NCBI GenBank assembly: GCA_002710015.1
Contig: PAOW01000029.1
Span: forward strand, 39,009 to 102,543
Origin: Methanobacteriota archaeon
Lineage (GTDB): Archaea; Thermoplasmatota; Poseidoniia; Poseidoniales; Poseidoniaceae
DNA length: 63,535 nucleotides
Direction of reading: 5' to 3'
Below are positions 10,122-19,196 of the stretch, piece after piece. A model generated the notes under the pieces. The model was given only the letters and a program-made list of their open reading frames with translations. It made no database searches and had not been told where the DNA came from. The translations under genes and the position numbers were made by a program. Position 1 is the stretch's first letter; every line of letters begins with the position of its first letter.

Positions 10122-10355
10122 ATGCACGTCAAGGTTCTCACCTTCGGGCCACTTGCAGAAGAAATTGGGGAGCGAGAGAAAACCCTAGAGATTTTACCCA
10201 ATTCTTCAATTAGATTTGTTCTTGAGGAAATTGGTATTGAATCATGGTTAACAAAGGGCTTGGTTATCAGCCTAAATGGCGTAAAAGTTGGTGAGGACGA
10301 ACCCGTTAATGATGGTGATGAAATCGTTCTACTTCCACCAGTTTCCGGGGGCTAA
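10122..10355 (+). CDS. MoaD/ThiS-family ubiquitin-like protein (SAMP-like)
   Basis: 77 aa from ATG 10122 (MHVKVLTFGPLAEEIG), ending GDEIVLLPPVSGG with a C-terminal di-Gly. The 9975 start would overlap the divergent ATPase gene. Confidence 0.9.
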   Translation: MHVKVLTFGPLAEEIGEREKTLEILPNSSIRFVLEEIGIESWLTKGLVISLNGVKVGEDEPVNDGDEIVLLPPVSGG

Positions 10356-10408
10356 TAGCCGATTGATTGACAAGGGATGAACTGCTGCATTACATCAGAG
10401 GGAGCGAT

Positions 10409-10702
10409 ATGAGGTTTGGACCATTCGAAATAATGATTCTCCTTGCAATATTCTTTTTGCTGTTTGGAGCAGAACGACTTCCAAAGCTAGCAAGAGCAGC
10501 TGGACAGTCAAAAGGTGAATTTCAAAAAGGCCTAAACGAAGTAACAGGAGAACCATCTAGTGCAAACACTATTGCAGATTTGGAAGCAGGTGGAAAGACA
10601 AAATCTGTTGAATTGGCACAAAAGGCTGAGGCTCTTGGCATTGATGTGTCTGGAAAAACCTCTGAGGAAATCGAGTCTGAGATTGCATCGGCAGAAGAAT
10701 AA
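10409..10702 (+). CDS. tatA: Twin-arginine translocase TatA/E subunit
   Basis: MRFGPFEIMILLAIFFLLFGAERLPKLARAAGQSKGEFQKG: TM, FG hinge, amphipathic helix; GGAG SD at 10401. Confidence 0.9.
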   Translation: MRFGPFEIMILLAIFFLLFGAERLPKLARAAGQSKGEFQKGLNEVTGEPSSANTIADLEAGGKTKSVELAQKAEALGIDVSGKTSEEIESEIASAEE

Positions 10703-10728
10703 TTAGCAAAACTCATACCTTTTTGCAA

Positions 10729-11193
10729 TCAGTTCCTAGCACGCTTCACTTTCATGGGTGAGCCACAGATATCGCAGTCGATTTCCTTTTTCGTGTCTAC
10801 TTTTCTTGTTGCCTTGCACCCTATGCATCTTAATTCCCATGCCCACAGTTGTTCACTTTTTCGATTTGACACCGCCTCAAATGGATGATTTATCTTACGA
10901 CATACGTTTTGTAATGAATAGTCATCAGTAAACAATTTTTCACCAGTAATCAAAGCAATAGCCAATATTTCTAAATCAACACTGCTAAGTCTGGGAAGAT
11001 CACCTGTCTCCACTGCTGCAACTCTAGCGTCTTCTACATCAGGAGTTAACCAATTCATTTCAATTGACTCAATTAACAGTGCTCTTTCTGAAGAAAGTTT
11101 CCGCAATTCCTCTAACTGGCTGTGTGCGACATACCCGCCTTCTAACCTCTCTAAAGGCCAATGGAGTAAGGCAGCGGTATCTAAGGCCGGCAT
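10729..11193 (-). CDS. nob1: Nob1-family PIN endonuclease with Zn ribbon (16S rRNA 3' maturation)
   Basis: ALDTAA, TGDLPRLSSVD, TDDYSLQNV, CIGC...CDICGS. Confidence 0.85.
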   Translation of the reverse strand: MPALDTAALLHWPLERLEGGYVAHSQLEELRKLSSERALLIESIEMNWLTPDVEDARVAAVETGDLPRLSSVDLEILAIALITGEKLFTDDYSLQNVCRKINHPFEAVSNRKSEQLWAWELRCIGCKATRKVDTKKEIDCDICGSPMKVKRARN

Positions 11194-11275
11194 TAGTCGA
11201 TGGGTCGTGTTTTCCAGCAATCAAGACTTCCCCTGTGAAAGGGTTCATCCGTGTGATTGTTCCCCCATAGGACGA

Positions 11276-11887
11276 ATGTCATGGAAAGACTCGGTGATTG
11301 ATTGGTTTGACGGGTTTGGCTGGCTCAGCCTTGCCGCCTTATCATTCACCGAAGCGATTATTCAACCTGTTCCTCCTGATTTGCTGTTTTTACCAATGCT
11401 TGTCAACGCATCTGGAGATTCAAACATGGTATTGTGGCTGTGGATTGTAATAACTGTCACAAGTGTCTTGGGTAGTATAATCGGATACTGGGTTGGAAGA
11501 AAATGGGGCAGAAGTCTGTTTAACCGATTCAAGGGAGAAAAACATCTCAGAAAGATTGAGGCCTTAACAACCAGATATGGGACTGTTGGAGTATTCATTG
11601 CAGCGTTTTCACCAATCCCATACAAGGTGTTTGGATGGGCTGCTGGCATGGGAGAAATGAAGATGAAACCATTCATAATAGCTGGATTGTTTGGCAGAGG
11701 ACTACGATTTGGCTTGGAGGCACTGCTTGTTGGTATTTATGGAAACAAAGCGGTCGAAGGTTTAGAGTGGTTACTTGACAGAGAGGTTCTCATTGGAGTA
11801 GTAATTATACTTCTTTGTGGGATTGCTTGGTTATTGTTACGCTGGTGGAATGAATTGAGTATCGACCCCAACATTGATGAACAATAA
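11276..11887 (+). CDS. YqaA/DedA (VTT domain) membrane protein
   Basis: LSFTEAIIQPVPPD, SVLGSIIGYWVGR, FSPIPYKVF, GRGLRF. Confidence 0.9.
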   Translation: MSWKDSVIDWFDGFGWLSLAALSFTEAIIQPVPPDLLFLPMLVNASGDSNMVLWLWIVITVTSVLGSIIGYWVGRKWGRSLFNRFKGEKHLRKIEALTTRYGTVGVFIAAFSPIPYKVFGWAAGMGEMKMKPFIIAGLFGRGLRFGLEALLVGIYGNKAVEGLEWLLDREVLIGVVIILLCGIAWLLLRWWNELSIDPNIDEQ

Positions 11888-11906
11888 ATGATGCGAGGGG
11901 CATGCT

Positions 11907-11979
11907 GCTTGTGTGGTGTAGTGGTCCATCATTTCGGGTTTTCATTCCGGCGACCCGGGTTCAAATCCCGGCACGAGCA
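11907..11979 (+). tRNA. tRNA-Glu: tRNA-Glu (anticodon TTC), no intron, CCA not encoded
   Basis: Acceptor GCTTGTG/CACGAGC plus discriminator A; D-arm GTGTAGTGGTCCATCAT; anticodon arm TCGGG-TTTTCAT-TCCGG; T-arm CCGGG-TTCAAAT-CCCGG. Confidence 0.95.
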
Positions 11980-12068
11980 CTCTGACATTTCCTAATTCCT
12001 TCTAAATAAAAGAAGTTCATAATGAGAGTGCCAATTTATTCAAGAACTATATTTGACTTCATAACATT

Positions 12069-13025
12069 ATGGAGTTACAGGATGACTATCCCCCTGTTGG
12101 GGAAACATCCATAGATGATCCTCAGAGATTCATACTAGAATTGGTAGGGCTCGCTATCGCTTCAATATTGATCTGGGGAATATTTCGATACATAACGAAA
12201 GACGTTTTTGACTCAAGTGTTTCTGTGTCTTTCAGCATATCTTATGCCCTAGTTGCCCCGATTGTTTTTATTGGCCCAATTATGTTCTATTGGTATCAAT
12301 ACAGGAATGAAGAATGCCTTCCTGTAAGATTGTTTGCTTATAATTCACTAAAAGAAACATTTTCTCAAAAGTTTATTGTGAGTATTATTGTAATAGGTTT
12401 GTCTCTCACTTTTGCAAATTATATATTGGAACTGATTTTAGATTACATTGTTTTAAGTTCTGGATTATACGGAGATATTGATTTCTTTTTCACATGGATG
12501 GACGAGTTCGATTCATTTTTCGTCTTCCTAATATTCATGGTAACTAATATTGCAGTAGTTGCAACAGTTGAGGAATTTTTCTTCAGAGGATTTATCCAAG
12601 ACCAACTGTCTAGAGTATTGCAAGCATGGCAGTCGATGCTGATATCAGCAGCAATTTTTGCCCTAACGCACTTACCAATTGCCATATTTGTCTATGAGAT
12701 TGAGAGTGTATGGCTAATTACATCGTTGATTAACTGGTTTGGATTTGGTTTAGCAGCAGGATATGTTTACCACATAACTAGAAATATTTGGGTTGTAATA
12801 GCCTGGCACGGCATATGGAATGTTACTGTTTCTACTGTTGGATATAGTGCATGGGTATATGATGCCCCAAGTCAAGGATTAGAACAATTCATTTGGACCT
12901 CACAGACGATTCTAATATACGCACTACTTTTGTTGGCGATATACTTCACGAGAGATTATATCAAAGAATTTGGTAGTTTTGGGAATAAATCTAGTGCACC
13001 AAAGACGATTGAGGTCAAATTGTGA
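12069..13025 (+). CDS. CPBP-family (type II CAAX) intramembrane glutamic protease
   Basis: EEFFFRG, FALTH, AWHGIWN motifs; multiple TMs. Confidence 0.9.
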   Translation: MELQDDYPPVGETSIDDPQRFILELVGLAIASILIWGIFRYITKDVFDSSVSVSFSISYALVAPIVFIGPIMFYWYQYRNEECLPVRLFAYNSLKETFSQKFIVSIIVIGLSLTFANYILELILDYIVLSSGLYGDIDFFFTWMDEFDSFFVFLIFMVTNIAVVATVEEFFFRGFIQDQLSRVLQAWQSMLISAAIFALTHLPIAIFVYEIESVWLITSLINWFGFGLAAGYVYHITRNIWVVIAWHGIWNVTVSTVGYSAWVYDAPSQGLEQFIWTSQTILIYALLLLAIYFTRDYIKEFGSFGNKSSAPKTIEVKL

Positions 13026-13402
13026 CATTTGATTCTGAATATGAGCCTTTTTTCCAACCCCCTGGTTGGATAATTGGACCAATATGGGCTATTCTTTACA
13101 CTACTCTAATCATCAGTTTTTTTACTACTTTTAATCTTAGAAATAAGATAAATAAAAGCAATACAGCAATTTGGTTATTTGTTGTCCAGTTAATTGTCAA
13201 TCTAGCTTGGCCTAGAGTCTTCAATTCAGAGGAATATTTGATCTCGCTGATTATGATCGTAATTATGGTAATTTTCACTTCGATGTATGCATACATTGTA
13301 TACGAAGTGAACAAAAAAGGCTCACTTATCGTGTTACCATACATACTCTGGGTGTCTTTCGCTGGTATGATAAACGCAACATATTACCTACATGCAGGCT
13401 AG
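13022..13402 (+). CDS. tspO: TspO/MBR family protein, apparently lacking the first TM helix
   Basis: PFFQPPGWIIGPIWAILY, QLIVNLAW, LPYILWVSFA; GTG start overlaps the upstream TGA. Confidence 0.8.
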   Translation: MTFDSEYEPFFQPPGWIIGPIWAILYTTLIISFFTTFNLRNKINKSNTAIWLFVVQLIVNLAWPRVFNSEEYLISLIMIVIMVIFTSMYAYIVYEVNKKGSLIVLPYILWVSFAGMINATYYLHAG

Positions 13403-13671
13403 CGTAAATACCGGTTTGTTTCGTCGAAACCACCAATAAAAATTGGCATATCTCCTCGGTTATCAATAACAACAGGCACGGTTCTATGTCCTGTTTCGGA
13501 TACAACCTCATAACGAACTTCTGACCTCTCGTCATCGAAATTTATCTCTGTGAAAGTAAAGCCCTTAGATTTCAGTAAGCGTTTCAGTGCTGTGCAGTAT
13601 GGACAAAAATTGCCTGAATAATATAGAAAATCTGTATTACATGACTTTGCATCATCCAATACTCTACCCAT
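13399..13671 (-). CDS. Glutaredoxin
   Basis: CPYC, RTVP, IGGFDE. Confidence 0.9.
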   Translation of the reverse strand: MGRVLDDAKSCNTDFLYYSGNFCPYCTALKRLLKSKGFTFTEINFDDERSEVRYEVVSETGHRTVPVVIDNRGDMPIFIGGFDETNRYLR

Positions 13672-13710
13672 GTAAATCCCTAATGTTAGGACTTATTGAA
13701 TATGTGCATT

Positions 13711-14523
13711 TTATTCTAACAGCTCAAGTCCATTAAAATCAATTTTCCATTCTAAAACATCCCAAGGAATGGCATTTCTAGTAGCCTCTGGGTTACGAGT
13801 AATAATTCCCACAAACCCTCCTGCTGCTGCACCCATCCCTTTCCATGCCAAAACCTCGGGTAAATCATTCAGCATCATGTATGGCTCGTTTAGTTTAGAA
13901 TTTAACTTCCCGACAGCATTGGTGTAAGACTTCATGGCTTCGCAAATATTGAATCTATCATCCCGCTGAACTGCCTGGGCCATATCTCTACCACTCTGCC
14001 GTATTTCCATCAAGTGAGGTAAAACCTCATCGTATCTGGACCAAACTTCGCTATGCAAGTCTCCTGAAGTATGACGAATTCCGGTATCTGCCAAGATAAG
14101 ATGTTTCTCAATCCATCGCACAAAGGATTGAGGTGGGGTTAGAGCGACTCTTTCAACATCATTTCCAATAAATTTCAGATGCTGAATTCCTCCAAATCTC
14201 GCTGCCCATTGATCTTGTCGTCCACCATGATTTCCTAACAATTTTTCAAATTGATATGCCAATTCTTCTGAATTTTCAGCCCCTTTGATAACTGACATTA
14301 AGGCAACATTGATTGCTCCAGTTGTACCCAACCCACTACCAATGGGGACATCACAGTTGTAAGCAACGGATAATTTGCCATTAGAATCGACGTTTAATTC
14401 TGCTTGTGCATAATGATTGATTGCAATATTTACCACATCTCCACCTACTAACTCACAGAATGGGGGAGCATCTGACCAACCCCCTGCAAGGTCGATTCTA
14501 ACTGGGGCTTTAGCAGATGGCAT
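13711..14523 (-). CDS. GHMP-family sugar kinase (HddA/fucokinase-like)
   Basis: KAPVRIDLAGGWSDAPPF, PIGSGLGTTG, GGRQDQ, GAAAGG. Confidence 0.85.
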   Translation of the reverse strand: MPSAKAPVRIDLAGGWSDAPPFCELVGGDVVNIAINHYAQAELNVDSNGKLSVAYNCDVPIGSGLGTTGAINVALMSVIKGAENSEELAYQFEKLLGNHGGRQDQWAARFGGIQHLKFIGNDVERVALTPPQSFVRWIEKHLILADTGIRHTSGDLHSEVWSRYDEVLPHLMEIRQSGRDMAQAVQRDDRFNICEAMKSYTNAVGKLNSKLNEPYMMLNDLPEVLAWKGMGAAAGGFVGIITRNPEATRNAIPWDVLEWKIDFNGLELLE

Positions 14524-14613
14524 GATACTCCCAAGCCACACACATCTTATTTTTTGCTTATTGAAATGGAGATTAGAATATTGTAGATTAATATTCCAAT
14601 TGAATATTTAAAT

Positions 14614-15207
14614 TTACAATTGATTTTTTGTTTGTAAATCTTCCAACCATTCCTTCACCGATAAATGAAATTCAATTGGAATCATGTGACCTTTATGATG
14701 CTGAATTTTTTCCACATTCCATCCAAATTCAGAGAAAATTTCTACAATTTCTAAGCCGGCTTCTAGTGAAACTCGATGGTCAGATTCCCCATGCATCCAC
14801 AGAATATTAGATGTAGGAATCTCACGCAACCTTTGACGAAGTTCCATTGGCCTAACCGCTCTTGTCGCTATTGTCATTATGCCTATTACATTTAGATCGA
14901 ATTGTAGTAACTCTTGTGCCATTGCGCCACCTTGGCTAAATCCTCCAATCACCAATTCGTCAGCTGGCAATATCTTGACTAAACTCAATAGTGAGCTATC
15001 AACATCTGACAATTCTTTCGAGGTTAGGATCCGCCTTCCTGGCTGGTCAGGACCTTCGTAACGCCACCAAGTGTATCCTCGATTCGTATGACTAAACTCT
15101 GCCTGTGGGACAATCAAATCCCAGCCATTCGGTAGAATTTTCTCAGCAAAAGGTCTCATCATATCGGATGTACCAGTCATCCCATGCATCATTACCAATG
15201 TAGGCAC
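14614..15207 (-). CDS. Alpha/beta hydrolase (phospholipase/carboxylesterase)
   Basis: MHGMTG, GFSQGG nucleophile, HGESD, GHMI; GTG start at 15207 with GAGGAG upstream. Confidence 0.9.
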   Translation of the reverse strand: MPTLVMMHGMTGTSDMMRPFAEKILPNGWDLIVPQAEFSHTNRGYTWWRYEGPDQPGRRILTSKELSDVDSSLLSLVKILPADELVIGGFSQGGAMAQELLQFDLNVIGIMTIATRAVRPMELRQRLREIPTSNILWMHGESDHRVSLEAGLEIVEIFSEFGWNVEKIQHHKGHMIPIEFHLSVKEWLEDLQTKNQL

Positions 15208-15217
15208 GGAACTCTCC

Positions 15218-16165
15218 TCATAACTCCCAGTAGTTCTCAATACCACCTGCAATCATGAAATGGAGTGTGCTCTGACCGCCAGTAAGTGTCACTTCTAGTG
15301 TATATTCATCACTTCTACTAGGGATTGTTGCTAATTCCTGAGATTGGGTTCCAGCAGTGTAAGTTCGTGTTAGTATACTGTTACCTACGTGGTCTTTGAC
15401 AGATAGTGTGCCTGACCCACCTTGTATGAGTGATGCATCTATGAAGAATACGTAGTAATCAAAATCAATTCCAGAGGGGTGCCCGCTATCCACAAAGGTA
15501 TCGGTAGCCTCGCCGTCAATTGGTCCTTCAAACAACCTGTCCTTCAGGTCTGTCGCTCGAATGAACCACACTTGTCCTGAATAATCACTTCCTGTGTCAG
15601 TGAGAGTCATTCTAAATTGCAGTTCACCATCACCATCTTTCCATTCAAAGTAGTCAAGGAATCCATGATCACCACTGAATCTGTACTCTAGAGAATGTCC
15701 ATTATCACTGGTTGCCTTTACGATTGGCATACCATTGAGAGACCCTGTTGTCTCAGCACTCCAGTATTCTCCAAGAAGTGTGAATTCCCATTTATCTCCA
15801 TTATTCCATGGGAATTTGAATACCGGCTGTGGATCTCCGTTTTCATAGACGGATAATTCTCCGATAGTTACTCTTCCAAGGAACGGATTGTGATTAATCA
15901 CTGCGTGTCTCTGAGCTTCCCTTTCCGATGAGATACCTAGCATGTATAAGCCGTTATCCTCTCTTATCTCTGTCACAACTAGTCTTGCTGTATCTTCTCC
16001 AAATTGAGGAGTTTCGAAAGTGTATAGCCACCAATCTCCAATATCCCAGCCAGGTTTTTCAGTTGAGTCTACGTTGAATGACTCTGAATCCGAGTAACTT
16101 GTAGTGCTAATGCACCCACTCAACGGTAGTAGCATCAAAACCATGAACGCAAGTATCACTCGCAT
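15218..16165 (-). CDS. Putative lipoprotein, unknown function
   Basis: MRVILAFMVLMLLPLSGC lipobox; PGWDIGDWWLY motif. Confidence 0.75.
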   Translation of the reverse strand: MRVILAFMVLMLLPLSGCISTTSYSDSESFNVDSTEKPGWDIGDWWLYTFETPQFGEDTARLVVTEIREDNGLYMLGISSEREAQRHAVINHNPFLGRVTIGELSVYENGDPQPVFKFPWNNGDKWEFTLLGEYWSAETTGSLNGMPIVKATSDNGHSLEYRFSGDHGFLDYFEWKDGDGELQFRMTLTDTGSDYSGQVWFIRATDLKDRLFEGPIDGEATDTFVDSGHPSGIDFDYYVFFIDASLIQGGSGTLSVKDHVGNSILTRTYTAGTQSQELATIPSRSDEYTLEVTLTGGQSTLHFMIAGGIENYWEL

Positions 16166-16211
16166 GGTTCATGCCTACCTGTGCGTATTTTTCACTGTGC
16201 GGGTTATCTGC

Positions 16212-18311
16212 TTAGAACCAGCCTGAGACTGTCAGAGCAGGAGCGATTACCACCGCAACAATGCTCATCAGTTTGATTAGAATATTCAATGAAGGTCCAC
16301 TTGTGTCTTTGAATGGGTCTCCAATTGTGTCTCCTATTACTGCTGCATCGTGAGCTGCGTCTCCTTTTTCAGCACCTTCAATGTGACCTTGTTCGATTGC
16401 TTTCTTCGCATTATCCCAAGCACCACCTGCATTTGCCATGAATAGAGCCATCATAACACCGGTTACCAAGGAACCAGCAAGAAGACCACCTAGAGCTGGT
16501 GCACCCAATGCAAACCCAACGATAACTGGTGCAATTACTGCAACTACACCCGGACCTACCATCTCTCTCAAAGCTGCGTCAGTTGAGATTTGAACGCACT
16601 TTGCACTGTCTGGCTTAACACCTTCTTTTCCTTCAAGAAGTCCATCAATTTCTTTGAATTGTCTTCGAATCTCAGTAACCATCTCATTTGCAGCCTTACC
16701 AACAGATGTCATTGTCATTGCTGCGACGACGAATGGCAATGCTCCACCAATAAGAAGTCCGATCACTACTTTGGGATCTGAGAGAGCTAATTGCGAAAGG
16801 TTCAGATCTGCTGCTGCAGAATAAGCAGCGAATAGAGCCAAAGCGGTTAATGCGGCGCTACCAATTGCGAAACCTTTGCCGATTGCAGCAGTTGTGTTTC
16901 CAATCGAATCCAAGCCGTCTGTGATGTCTCTAACATCCTTACCCAGACCGCTCATCTCTGCGATTCCTCCTGCATTATCTGCTACTGGACCGTAAGCATC
17001 AACAGTCATCGTAACACCAACCGTTGCCAACATTCCCATTGCAGCCATAGCAATACCGTAGAGTCCAAACTCAGGCATGTAACCGCCAGCGTCGCTGGAA
17101 GTGTGCCCCTCCATCATGAAATGGTTAGCTCCAAATATTCCTAAACAAATTAGAATGATTGGGATGAATGTAGACATCATACCCACAGAAAGTCCTGCAA
17201 TGGCGTTAGTAGCAGGTCCTGTTTTTGACATCTCCCCGATGTGAGGTATTGACTTGGGCTTTAATCCAAATACGTCCTCAATTCCTGTGTAGTATTCTGT
17301 GACTAATCCAATCAGGATTCCAACAATTGACCCGATTATAACAGCGACCATAGGCTCAGTTCCAGTTTCTAGGCCCATAGCATCAATACCAAACCATCCT
17401 ACTATCCAAAATAATCCTGCACCGATGAAGGTTGTATTCCTTAGCGCAGCACCAGGCTCTCCGTTCTTTAGAATCTCCATCGAGAAAACTCCAACAAGAG
17501 AGGCAAGGTAACCTACTAGTCCAAGGAAGATTGGAAGAATAACATAATCTGCGTTCATAGCATCAGAGGAGTCCGCACTTACCATTGCAGCGATTATGGA
17601 TCCAACAAATGACTCGAATATATCTGCACCCATTCCGGCAACGTCACCAACATTGTCTCCTACATTGTCTGCGATAACACCGGGATTTCTTGGGTCATCC
17701 TCTGGGATACCCGCCTCGACTTTACCAACGAGGTCTGCTCCTACGTCTGCGGCTTTAGTGTAAATGCCGCCACCTACTCTAGCGAATAGTGCTATTGAGG
17801 ACGCACCCATTCCAAAGCCAGCAGCATGAGTTATGTTTGTACTACCACTATCTCCTGCTCCAAGGAAATAAGCAACTAGAGAGATACCTAGTAAACCAAG
17901 TCCGCCAACTGAAAGACCCATAACAGCTCCACCGTTGTATGAGACCGCTAGTGCTCCGGCTTGGCCGTCTTTTTGTGCAGCCATAGCTGTCCTTCCGTTA
18001 GCAGCAGTTGCTGCCTTCATACCCGAAAGTCCTGCTAACACGCTAGCAACCGCTCCTCCTAGGAATGCCAGTGAGGTTAAATGCCCGTCATCTTCGGTGA
18101 CGAAATAAAGCAAAACTGCTACTACTGCTACAAATATCGAGAGATACTTGTATTCTGCCTTCAGGAAGGCCATTGCTCCATCTTGAATTTGTTTTGTTAT
18201 ATCGGCCACAGTTGGATTATCAATCTTAACATCGTTGACTTTTTTGTATAGCAGTGCCGCTATTCCAAGACCTATTAATGATACCACTACCGCAATTAAT
18301 GCAATGTCCAT
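16212..18311 (-). CDS. hppA: Membrane-bound pyrophosphatase, K+-dependent, probably Na+-translocating
   Basis: [51 protein letters not shown] (Ala marks the K+-dependent type), [18 protein letters not shown] before 18311. Confidence 0.95.
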   Translation of the reverse strand: MDIALIAVVVSLIGLGIAALLYKKVNDVKIDNPTVADITKQIQDGAMAFLKAEYKYLSIFVAVVAVLLYFVTEDDGHLTSLAFLGGAVASVLAGLSGMKAATAANGRTAMAAQKDGQAGALAVSYNGGAVMGLSVGGLGLLGISLVAYFLGAGDSGSTNITHAAGFGMGASSIALFARVGGGIYTKAADVGADLVGKVEAGIPEDDPRNPGVIADNVGDNVGDVAGMGADIFESFVGSIIAAMVSADSSDAMNADYVILPIFLGLVGYLASLVGVFSMEILKNGEPGAALRNTTFIGAGLFWIVGWFGIDAMGLETGTEPMVAVIIGSIVGILIGLVTEYYTGIEDVFGLKPKSIPHIGEMSKTGPATNAIAGLSVGMMSTFIPIILICLGIFGANHFMMEGHTSSDAGGYMPEFGLYGIAMAAMGMLATVGVTMTVDAYGPVADNAGGIAEMSGLGKDVRDITDGLDSIGNTTAAIGKGFAIGSAALTALALFAAYSAAADLNLSQLALSDPKVVIGLLIGGALPFVVAAMTMTSVGKAANEMVTEIRRQFKEIDGLLEGKEGVKPDSAKCVQISTDAALREMVGPGVVAVIAPVIVGFALGAPALGGLLAGSLVTGVMMALFMANAGGAWDNAKKAIEQGHIEGAEKGDAAHDAAVIGDTIGDPFKDTSGPSLNILIKLMSIVAVVIAPALTVSGWF

Positions 18312-18514
18312 ACTTTGTTCACCTATTGGCCCGCCACCAAAGTCTCCCAAATAAGTACATCCCTTGAAAAAATGGCGCAATAATGCAATTTTACCAAACT
18401 TTACTCCGTTCCGAGTGATAAGTTACAGTCACGTGCGGGCTTGACTAGAAACCTTGAGTTACTGATACAGATAAATGCGATGATTGATAGATAAGCAGTT
18501 ACTCGGTAACCACG

Positions 18515-18817
18515 ATGGATATCACGGCAGAGGAAGTGCTTGGTGAGATCGGCTCCGTCCAAGAAGTCCTTGATGCACATGATGGTGTAGTGAATGTTTT
18601 GGACACTGCCGGGGGCAATATCATGATATCTTTGGAGGGTGGGTGTGTAGGATGTTCCTCTACTCCTATGACTGCAATGCAAATTTATTACTCACTAATG
18701 AAATTAGATAAAGTGAATGACGTAGTTTTTGTTAATGGAGAGTTACCTGATTACATGCGAACTTTCATCGATCAGAAAATGGCAGATGAGGCGAGTAAGG
18801 GTGGAGAGATAATCTAA
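18515..18817 (+). CDS. NifU C-terminal domain (Nfu-type) Fe-S carrier
   Basis: LDAHDGVV...SLEGGCVGCSS. Confidence 0.85.
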   Translation: MDITAEEVLGEIGSVQEVLDAHDGVVNVLDTAGGNIMISLEGGCVGCSSTPMTAMQIYYSLMKLDKVNDVVFVNGELPDYMRTFIDQKMADEASKGGEII

Positions 18818-19179
18818 GACTCCTCATCTTTGTTTTTGCCGATACTATGGGGATTTGCTCCAAATGAAACATTTTGGCCTTTTATGTTTAGTCTAGCTGA
18901 AATTGCAATTATCACACAAAGCACGCTGAGCGGTTTTGGAAGATAATTTGAGCCCCAAAGTTCCCCTCCTGAACTAGATAACCACCATAGAATTGCAGCG
19001 GTTAACAAAAGAGAGAACATTATGAAATTTTGCGCCATCAATTCTAGTTTCTCACTCCTTGAAAATGTCGCAATAAAAATGAATGCTGTAAGTGAAATGT
19101 AGCACATTGACTGAGCGAGTAACTCAATCGTTTCTACACCGACCATGCCCATGCTAAGAGGCAGGGGTTCTTCAACCAT
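18814..19179 (-). CDS. Hypothetical membrane protein (about 3 TM)
   Basis: Fills the gap between genes; three hydrophobic segments; start uncertain. Confidence 0.7.
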   Translation of the reverse strand: MVEEPLPLSMGMVGVETIELLAQSMCYISLTAFIFIATFSRSEKLELMAQNFIMFSLLLTAAILWWLSSSGGELWGSNYLPKPLSVLCVIIAISARLNIKGQNVSFGANPHSIGKNKDEES

Positions 19180-19196
19180 AACGCACTGGCGTTTAC

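Noticed and set aside
12069..13025. CPBP (Abi-named family) gene as a phage defence system
   Set aside because: The family name is historical; these are membrane proteases and no defence genes are adjacent
13711..14523. GHMP kinase as mevalonate kinase partnering the AcnX
   Set aside because: The N-terminal RIDLAGGWSD motif is of the HddA/fucokinase type, not the GEH motif of mevalonate kinases
11950..14600. Integrated element at tRNA-Glu
   Set aside because: No duplicate of the tRNA 3' end and no integrase seen
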